A DNA stretch of 64,000 bases from Eledone cirrhosa (taxonomy: Eukaryota), in the NCBI GenBank assembly GCA_964016885.1, contig OZ024740.1:378758001-378822000 (forward strand), read 5' to 3'. Below are positions 55,061 to 64,000 of this stretch, in pieces. The notes beneath the pieces were generated by a model, which did not search any database, was not told the DNA's origin, and saw only the letters and a program-made list of their open reading frames with translations. The first letter of the stretch is position 1. Each line of letters starts with the position of its first letter. The position numbers and the translations under genes are program-made.

Positions 55061-57583
55061 AATACAAGAACGCTGTGCCATTCACCGCTAATTTTATATA
55101 TTTCCTTTGGATATTCCCGTTGTCTTCCAAAAGTAAGATTGTCTATTTTCTTTGTACCTTGAACTATCTCTACAGCACACGTTACATTGTGTAAACTTTA
55201 TGGCTTTATCTAGTGTTAACTGATTACCCACATTGATGAACTTTTCTCTGATATTAGCTGAACTAATCTAAACGCAATTCTCCTTTTACGATGATATCAA
55301 CACTATTTAGCCAAATGACGCATTCTTTGTTACAATCTCCTCCATGGACTGCTGACACTACACTTCATTGTGAAATTTGAAACCGTTGAACAGAACTTTT
55401 AACTTCGGTTGGTGAAGGTAAACAAAGTGTGCCAAGTGTGTGTTTTGGACTCATCAAATGAGTACCTAAAGTATTGTGTACATTTCTGTTCTTTACACCA
55501 AACTAAATTTGTAAAACTTTTATGAATATTTCGTTTTCGTTTAGTGGCCTTGTAAAATTAATTCAACGTGCCGTTGAAAGTTTTTGTTCTAACTTTCCAC
55601 CAGATTAGTTGATTCACCGTCTATGTTGGGAGACAGGATATTTCTCTCGTCCTTTAACATCTTTGTGAATGTAAATGTGACAAAGGTACCAAAATGACCC
55701 ACTTTAGTTACTTTGTAATAATTCTCTATTTGTATCAAGCCCTGTCTCCATTGCTTCTTACTGCTAGAATAATAAAAAAAAAAAAAAAAAACTAAATAAA
55801 TAAGGATTCTCATTCCTTTTGGCTGGAATGTTGAATACGGCTGAAATTCATTGGTTCTAATTAAAATTGAATTATATTATTATTTTTCGTTGATATCTCT
55901 AATACGCTTTAGGTGTGCATATTTCATGTGAGTTAATGTTTTTCTTCCACCAAACTGTTAATTTAGTTTACAATACCATTTTGACATTGCTTCACGCCTA
56001 TATTAGATAAAAGCGTATATGTTGAAAGCATTCTTTATAATGATGTTTTCCGTGTTTTGCTTTGGTATCAAATGAAAGAACATGAGTATTTCCGAGTGAA
56101 GATGTTAAATTGTTCTTCGCCCACTCATTTGGTTCTGGCCTTGGCAGATTCTTAGAACAACAATTTAAAATATAAACAACCTCTCCGAAGTAGTCATAAA
56201 TATATCTTTTACTGATAAACAGTTTTTTTTCTTACTTTCTCTTTCCAAGCACATCTGGTTGCTATGTATCGTTTCTAGTTGCTATGCAATTGCTGCATCT
56301 GTTTAATCTGTGTAAAAACCCTAAAAGTAATTTTTCCACTAACTAGCTGCGAGGCCAAATGGTGCGTAATCTTATATAGTCAAAATCTGATATTTTCTGC
56401 ACTAAATTTTATTTCAATTCTTTTTCTGTCAAGGCTTCAAATTTCTTATTTCAATTACTTAAAATTTCTATTTAGAATTTAAAATTGCAATTTGAAATTT
56501 AGACATGAATATTTTAATAAAAGGAAATCGGAAAGTGTTGGACTGACATTAACATACAAACTTTGATTTAAAGAAACAAAATCAAAAACTTAAAATTATT
56601 TATCGTTTCAAATTCTCTCTTCTGTTTCATGAATTTTAATTTAAGTTTAAATTTGATTTTTTTTTTTTTTTTTTTTTTGCAATGATTTCTTTGGAATTTT
56701 TTAGTCTAAATTTCAGTTTATGAAAACACCTCTTTTATCAATTTGTAATTGCATAAAAAAAAAACAACTAAATATTCTTAGTTCATACGACATGCCATTC
56801 CAGTGTCGACCACTTCCCACGATGTGCTGCTCCAGCGCCACCCACTTCCTACGACATGCCGCTCCAGCACCACCCATTTCCCACGGCATGCCCTTATTTG
56901 GAGTGGGGCCTGCACTGGAAACATGGTGAAATCAACGCAAACAGACAAAGTACCGGACGCATTTCGATAGGTTTCTCGTCGAACCGATAAGCGTGCACCC
57001 ACATACACACGCACACACGTAATTACAGTTACAGGCACAGATATAGACAAATATTTATATTTACACATAAATCTTCCCTTCTTATGTCAGCTGTCACCTT
57101 TCCTAACGGTTAGTGAATTCCTTTGGCTTTTGACAAAATACAATATACATCAGAAACATCTACACACACAGACATACACATAGACACAGTCTCCCTTTCT
57201 CTCACACACACGTACGTATAAATATATTCTGTCATCGTGACTAGAAAACATGTTTATTTATATAACATTCATATCCTTACTTTTCATATGATTATACATG
57301 TAGGTATTTTACACGTTTTATATTACTTTTATTTCCATATATATATATGCATGTGTATGCAAACACGTATTTATATATAAATATTTATGTATATAATCAA
57401 AGTGGTTAACATAAGAATCGTTGAAATGTGTGCGTCCCAATGTAAATGACCATAATAATGCTCAACTCTGTCCTCCTTTTTCTCTCTTCAGGGATAATTT
57501 ACCCGGTTTTGTTACATACCATTTTTAGTGATCGACTTATACCATCCTAATTTGCGTCAGGGCGCATACATTATATATATATC

Positions 57584-57896
57584 CAGTTGACTCTCTGTAT
57601 TCGCGGGGTTACGTTCCTAGAGTACCCTGAAGAGGGAAAACCCGCGAATATCGTACGTGGTCCATAAAAATGCACATAAACGTCAAAATATAACGTAAAA
57701 TATAATAAAATGTGAACGGGCGTCCAATAGGCCGGCAAATACAGTATATTGTTATTAATAATTTTGCGTTAAAAAATATATATATTGCCACGAAAAAAGC
57801 CATTAAAAAAGATCGCGGTGGTTTCCACGAACAATTATTAGTTAGGTTCTAATGAAAATCCCGCGAATAGACGGGACCGCGAATTCTAGGAGTTCA

Positions 57897-57899
<3 letters not shown>
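57584..57899. mobile_element. MITE of probable Tc1-mariner/pogo type
   Basis: Imperfect 23-bp terminal inverted repeats cagttgactctctgtattcgcgg and ccgcgaattctaggagttcactg, set in TA-rich flanks. Confidence 0.65.
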
Positions 57900-57947
<48 letters not shown>

Positions 57948-57961
57948 AAAAAGGTTCAGGA

Positions 57962-58053
57962 CCCTGACGGCAGAGCTCAAACCGTTTCGACGGCTATTTC
58001 TGGACTAAATTAGATGTTTAGCGTGGTAATAAATAGCCGAACTTTTTAAGGGG
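57962..58053 (-). ncRNA. Hammerhead ribozyme copy with a damaged core (UUAAAAA)
   Basis: Inverse copy of 61483-61574 in which the conserved G5 is replaced by A. Confidence 0.6.
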
Positions 58054-58106
58054 TAATTCCATATATGGGCATGCGATATTCATGCATTTCTGAAGGTTGT
58101 AGTTGT

Positions 58107-59696
58107 TGTTATTGTCGTTGATTCACCTCAGGCGCCTGAGGATCCTCCTCAGAAGCGCTAGAGATGCGACTGGGAGACGGACTAATTCCTCTAAGGATAT
58201 GCCGAGTTGGTGATAGTATCTCACGAGCGCCAATGCAGGGCATCGTAGCCAGAGGTGTTCAGACTCCTCCTTCTCTTCACCGCAGAGTCTGCAAGTGCTG
58301 TCTTCACATCTGTCAGTCAGTAGCTGCCACCTGCGAAGTGCTGGATGGTGCCCACTTCTGAAGCGGATAAGGTGGGTGAGATCAGTTTGTCTATAGCGTT
58401 TTCGACTCTCTCGTCCGGCGGTTTGCTGAAGGTTTGGATAGTTCTCTCGTGGGTGAAGGGTGCTGGTCTACACTCCGTTTTGATGAGAGCTTGTCTCGTG
58501 GCATGGTCAGCAGGGGTGTTTGGTTGTGGAAGTGAGGAGCCCTGCTTTGCAAGTTTGTCTGCTAATTCATTCCCTTGTAGATTACAGTGACCAGGGACCC
58601 ATACAACAGTTAGGTTTTTGTCTTCTCCAAGGTTGTTAACTGCTGCCTGGAGTTCCGTTATAGTGGGATCTTTGAGGGCAGAGTTGTCGATTGCCTGAAG
58701 TAGAGATTTACAGTCGCAGATGATGGTCGCCGAAGTCCATTTTGCGTTATTGGTTTGTAACCAGTGGACGCCTTCTCTAAGCGCAGCTTTTTCTGAGTGA
58801 AAGGAGCTACTTCTAGCGCCTGTTGCTGTACGCCACTCGTGGACGACCTCACCATCTTTCATGATGACCATACCAGCTCCGCCATCAGTAGCACCTTCTT
58901 TTGTAGACCCATCGGTGTAGATTTGAACATCTGACGGGGCGAGGGTTGATATGGTGTCTATGGTGTTGGTTTGCGTTTTGGGACTTTGAGGTATTGGTGT
59001 AGATTACATGTATGGGAGTAGGGTTAGCCATGGGGGAGGTTCTGGGTCTTTGGATAGGGGTGTCGAGGGGGGGGGGATAAGATGTAGTCGTTCCAGGTGC
59101 TGGGATTGGGTGCCTCTCCAGTCTGTCTTTTTGAGCCTTTTTCGGCTGCTGGGATTGAAAACTTTGTGCCGTTCGTCCGTCTTTGGTAGGTTTTCCCAGT
59201 GATCAGCTTTAAGCAGTGTAAATGTCGAGAATCTGGAGGAGAGCGTAGGTAACTGCGATTCTGCTAGGACAGTGTCGGTCGACGTGGTTCTGACTTGGCC
59301 GGTTATGGCTCGAGCCACATCTAATTGTACTCTTTCGAGCTTGTCGATGTTGGTGGCAGACAACCAGGGTGTCCACGCCGGGGCCGCATATTCTGCGATG
59401 CTCCATTGTACGGCAGTGTATATTTGACGAAGATCCGCCTTCTTCCAGCCCCATGTCGTTCCTGCTACAGTTTTTAGTAGGTTCGTTCTCGATTGGATAG
59501 TTCGACATACCTTCTCGACATGTTCCCCAAAGGTTAACTGCCGATCGTATGTGATGCCCAGGAATTTTGGGAAAGGGTTGCAAGAAAGTTGCTTCCCGGC
59601 TATTGCGATACTGAGCTGCCACTTTGCCTCTGTTCCATCAAGACTGAAAAATGCTGTCTCGCATTTATTAATATTGAGTTGTAGTTTATTAATATT
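58107..59696 (-). mobile_element. 5'-truncated Ingi/I-group LINE with RNase H and a CCHC-like finger
   Basis: PKFLGITYDRQLTFGEH, LAGTTWG-like VAGTTWG, IYTDGS, ICDCKS, WVPGHCNLQGNELADKLAK and CRLC; (CAA)-like tail; 12-bp target-site duplication ggttgtagttgt at 58095-58106 and 59697-59708. Confidence 0.88.
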
Positions 59697-61482
59697 GGTT
59701 GTAGTTGTCAAAAGGATTGGTCAAAGTTTTTTGTAAACACAGTTAAATCTTTCATGGCGATGGGTAGGGGTGGGGGATGGATGAACTTGCCTGTAGAACA
59801 ACGAAGGAGCGGGTGAAGCCGGTCAACCGTTGAAAGTAAGTTCTATACAGCAAATTCTAAGGAGTGTGGAGGAATTAGGCTAGCTAGAAAGCAGGCGAAA
59901 AAGGAATTCTATAGGAATCTGAAAACGGGAAATTATAAAATAAAAAAAACAAACAAAAAACTAGAGTCTAAAACAGCTGCTATATGTTTAGCTGGTATTG
60001 CGTTTTCAGCCAATGCTATATAGAATTCACGGGAGTGGGGTACTGAAGCTACAAAAGCCCGATGGGCTGCCTCAGGGTAAGCAAAAGAGGAAAAAGGAAA
60101 AGGAGAGGGAGTGGAAGGAAGTGAGAAGAAGAGATAAAGGGAAAAAGAAAAGAATTACATCTACCTATGTATGCTGGAGTTTCCCCTATCTTGTTCGGCA
60201 AGTGGGGAAAAGAAGGATGTTACATCCATTGTCTACCCACCCGAGTCATGAGGGGTTTGAGGGCAAGGTAAATCCTACGCAATCGGTGTTTGTTTAGTTG
60301 TTGCTCCTTCGTAAACAGCATTTGTATTGTTTCCTCCGAGCATAAGTTACACGGACGGCGTCCTCCCGTGTAGGAGTTAGCCCCGGAAAGTAAGCTCCAA
60401 GTAAGATGGTATGAGATTTTATTATCTTGGAGGTCTCAGCGGTGGCCCGAAAGTGTAGTGGCATGTCGGCGAGACGGGTTTTTGAACGTATGTCGGTGTT
60501 GGTAGAGCCGGATTTTAAAGTCACAGGTGGTTTATCCTATATAGGCTTTGTTGGAGCTTTTCGTACTCACGTTGCATTGGTAGATTACGTTACGTTCTCG
60601 GCATCTATTGTTGAGGGGACACGAAGATCTATCAGGGCAGTTACACCTCCTGGTTGGCTCTCCACTAATGTCTAGATTGTTTCTTCCGTAGGAGTTGAGT
60701 TTCTTGTTTTTTGAGGAGGCGATGTTTTGTGCGAAGTTGGGTGTGGTGCTGTAGGAGAGTTTGATAGTGTTTTTGTTGATTTTGTTGATTATGCGGTAGA
60801 AGTGTTGTAGTGGGAAGTGTTTTTAGAGGAGTCTAAAGAAGATTTTGCCGCTTGGTGTTGCAACCTCGGCATTGTGGGGAAGGTTGAACCCCGTTACGTG
60901 GCCTGAGCGGTGGCGTCGCTTGCTGGTTCCACTAGGGGAGCCTGGGTAAAAGGAGATTTTCTCCCGAAAGCCGCTTCGCTTCAGGGCCTGATTGTAATAA
61001 GGCGCATGTTCATCGAATGTCTGCTCATTAGCGGACAAACGAGATATGCAGAGGGAGATGTTTTTAACCAGGTTATTGGTGATGTTTCAAGGATGGTTAG
61101 AGCAGCGGTTGATGTAGTGTAGGTTGTCGTTTGGGTTCCTGTATGGGTAGTACAGATTATTTTCGACATAAATCTAGATGGACAACAAATTACCTCCAGC
61201 CCCGGGGTTGCTGACAGTACTGAAACTCTCGACCCACGGACTCCCGATTTCACCCCGAGGACCATAAATCAGACTTCGACCGCAAACAATCCATCAGGCC
61301 TATAAACCCGGTGACATGCCACTACACTTTCGGGTCACATCTGGGACCTCCAAGCTAAAAACATCACATACCATCTTACTTGGAGCTTACTTTCCAGGGA
61401 GGACGCCGTCCGTGCAACTTATGCTCGGAGGAAACAATACAAATGCTGTTTACGAAGGACCAACTGCCCATATATGGAATTA

Positions 61483-61574
61483 CCCTTTGAAAAGTTCGGC
61501 TATTTAATACCACGCTAAAAGTCTAATTTAGTCCAGAAATAGCCGTCGAAACGGCTTGAGCTCTGCCGTCGGGG
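61483..61574 (+). ncRNA. Type I hammerhead ribozyme, U3-A8 core variant
   Basis: Stem I CCCU/GGGG; core UUGAAAA (61487-61493); stem II G-C plus CGGCUAUUU/AAAUAGCCG; GAAA at 61548-61551; stem III CGGC/GCCG; GUC cleavage triplet ending at 61570. Confidence 0.75.
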
Positions 61575-61666
61575 TCCTGAACCGTTTCCTATTACCCACT
61601 CTACTACACAAAGTATCGAGTACTCTGGTGCGTTATGGATGGTCCACCTGGTTTCTTACCACACTT

Positions 61667-61715
<49 letters not shown>

Positions 61716-61827
61716 AACAACAGTCGGCCGCGACTGGGGTAGAAGCTGCTAAATGTTCGGTCGCCCTCATGTCTCTGATTTTCAGCCCCATGGATTTTGT
61801 TTATTATATTCCTTTGTTATATTTCGA

Positions 61828-61872
61828 ATACCTGATGATGTCACCGGATTCATACTGAAATGATCATAGTAT
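61828..61872 (+). ncRNA. Minimal type I hammerhead-like motif with a poor stem II
   Basis: AUAC-CUGAUGA...GAAA-UGAUCA-UA-GUAU followed by AATAAA; palindromic stem III. Confidence 0.5.
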
Positions 61873-62069
61873 AATAAACCTTTTAAGGAATTACACCAGT
61901 CCGGCCTCCTGTTGTTTTATAATAATTAACTCCGAATTCGCACCACCAACTACACAAATGAACATGGGTGAGTTGCATTACGTTGAGTGGTCTCCATAAT
62001 ATTACATCGAGGTTGACCATACGGAATGACCAGTTCTATCCAGTGGTGAACCAACAAACTTAAATATAT

Positions 62070-62744
62070 CGGAATGCTTTTCTATATGTTCCTCGGAAAA
62101 TATATTTACTCCATTCCAGAAACTAATTAGTTGGAAGTGATATTTTAGTAAGTAAGTCAATTTTATAATTTTTTTTATAATTTTATAATTTTCTTATCTT
62201 ACGTCTCTCATATTATTGTTCTGCAACCCCATGCATTGAACCACAATGTTACTAAGACAAAACCTATATATTTGCTAGCATTGATATGCATCTGTATGTA
62301 TATAAATGTTACTAGATATAAATTCTTTATAATTATCTCCAATTCATTTGTCGAGCAATATTGGCCATGACTGCTGCTATAGTAGTAAGCAGGCCGCTGT
62401 CTTATTAACAACTCGCTTTCCACTGATTGACCTCGATGTCACGTGATTGATTCTTTTTGAATTTGCCACAGACGTAGAGGCAGTGATTTTCTCAATGGCT
62501 GGGATTTCAGTCCACGCTTCGCTATTTCCTTTCCACTGAATTATTTTTTAATAAGTTTCCAGAGTCCTCGCTATGCCTGGAAACTTACATGAAAAGAGAC
62601 TTTCCTGACGACGGAATGCTTTTCTATATATTCTTCGGAAAATATATTTACTCCATTCCAGAAACTAATTAGTTGGAAGTGATATTTTAGTAAGTAAGTC
62701 AATTTTATAATTTTTTTATAATTTTATAATTTTCTTATCTTACG

Positions 62745-62754
<10 letters not shown>
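62070..62754 (+). mobile_element. Partial tandem pseudo-LTR arrangement of a Penelope-like element
   Basis: About 144-bp direct repeats at 62070-62213 and 62612-62754 overlapping a hammerhead motif; ends in (TA)n. Confidence 0.65.
62599..62680 (+). ncRNA. Minimal type I hammerhead ribozyme
   Basis: Stem I ACUUUC/GGAAGU; CUGACGA at 62605-62611; stem II GGAAUG/CAUUCC with a C-A mismatch at its base; GAAA at 62661-62664; palindromic stem III CUAAUUAG; predicted cut after 62674. Confidence 0.7.
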
Positions 62755-62795
<41 letters not shown>

Positions 62796-63049
62796 GAGAG
62801 AGAGTGAATAGGAAACGAAAAATCAGTGATGCATCTGAACTCAATTTATTGTGTTACAATTGTTTCGTCGGCGGACAGCTCGAGACGCGATCATTGTGTG
62901 GATCTGTCTGATTCTGGACCCGCAGGTTCGACGGACACGTCTAATGATTTCGGAGCATATTCTCTCACTGGGGTATCTGAATATGCTCCGAAATCATGCT
63001 AGTTGATCGTTTGGTCATGTGGCAAGAGCTCCACGTGGAAGATGCACAA

Positions 63050-63790
63050 TAGTCTGACTAAAAAAAAAAGAGACCGTAGAGTAGAAGAGATAAAAATAAT
63101 ACTCATGAAGAGAGATACCCTCAGAATCTAATCAATAACAACATTAAAAGACGATACACATTTATAAAATCAATATCTAAAACGGTCATACCATATATTT
63201 CAACTTTTAACCCAAAGAACACAGAAATCCATATATACACATTCAACTAAAACTACTTACCATAGGACAAAATAATAATAAAACCTTTTACGAATATAAC
63301 CAATTATAAAAAGTAAATGACAAGCTAAGTCGCTAAAAAAGATACTAGCAAACGCACCGCTGTAATCCGGAATTAATGAGCCTGAAGTGAAAAGATGCAA
63401 CCAACCTAACTGTGGGATGTGCAACTATCTATTAGAAGGTCACGAATTCCACTTCAAAGAAGGTCCAATTTTCAAAATAAAAAATGACCTCGGGCAACTC
63501 AGAAAATTTAATTTATATTATAGCATGTAAGAGTTACCATGGACACTGCATTGGCCAAACAGGAGTAACATACAGACAAAGAATGAGAGTTTACCGCCAG
63601 CAAATTAGAGATCCATATAAAGAAAGGGCTCTCTTAGTCAACATATAGAGTAATGCAGAGGGCGAACTTTACCTGATTTCAGTACCTTCCCATTCTACTA
63701 ATGTTACTAATCAACAACAGAGGAAAAGCGCACCGGCAAAGAAAATTCTTTTTATAGAAATATTTAGAGCAAAGTTGAACTCTGCACACA
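63050..63790 (+). mobile_element. Decayed Penelope GIY-YIG endonuclease region
   Basis: VKRCNQPNCGMC, NLIYIIACK...CIGQTG and RQRMRVYRQQIRD with stops and frameshifts. Confidence 0.7.
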
Positions 63791-64000
63791 TAATTTTTAA
63801 TACCTGGTCAGACCAGAGTTATGTCCCTTGTTTAAACAAAAACAATAGCGACAATAACATTACAAATGGAAACTTAGAAAATTAGACATAAAAACCTTTG
63901 AAAAGCTATGTAAGAGAAACCAGTTAAATACAAAGTACAATTCTTTTGATGTGAACATTGTTTTTCTCGGTGCATGTACATATAATAAATAAAAACATAT

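Larger units (their letters stand above)
57950..61590 (-). mobile_element. Penelope-like element with inverted terminal (pseudo-LTR) segments, between (TA)n tracts and interrupted by an Ingi/I-like LINE
   Basis: Minus-strand remnants SANEQTFDE..YYNQALKRSGF, KRRHR..VTGFNLP.N..VAT..GK.F, NKNTIKLSYS and a GIY-YIG-type YIG; 57952-58071 is the inverse of 61465-61583, and about 60300-60465 is the inverse of about 61312-61464. Confidence 0.8.

Noticed and set aside
55100-56300. Coding-like minus-strand stretch
   Set aside because: It has many stops and no motif I can assign; a translated search would be needed.
56790-56990. CpG-rich patch with a short 28-bp triple repeat and an ATG
   Set aside because: The ORF stops after 15 codons, and the evidence is too weak to call a promoter or exon.
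57623-57655. Hammerhead-like ctgaaga-ggg-aaaa-ccc
   Set aside because: There is no correctly placed GAAA, stem III or stem I, and it lies inside a MITE.
59709-60290. Spliced-out Penelope intron explaining the gap in the right inverted copy
   Set aside because: The junction (caac|tgccc) does not match GT-AG boundaries.

Overview
AT-rich, intron-rich animal genomic DNA, most likely octopus (inferred from the SINE and microsatellite landscape). There are two conserved genes in tail-to-tail orientation: the last four coding exons of FOXRED2 (+, 6886-23687) and the complete three-exon CDS of NUDT1/MTH1 (-, 29003-25760, 170 aa). The rest is mostly transposable elements: two tRNA-type SINE families, RTE, CRE-like, R4/Dong-like, Ingi/I-like and Penelope retroelements, a tandem Helitron array and a MITE. 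Three structures stand out. (1) At 41.8-48.3 kb, at least seven retroelement insertions are separated by (TATG)n tracts: triple-zinc-finger RTEs and their short non-autonomous partner on +, one partner copy with a twin-priming-type 5' inversion, and an RLE element on -. (2) At 57.9-62.9 kb, a cluster of Penelope-associated hammerhead ribozyme motifs includes a U3-A8 core variant. (3) A 110-bp inverted copy of a NUDT1 exon/donor junction could fold back on the pre-mRNA. All calls come from manual reading and translation; no database searches were run.
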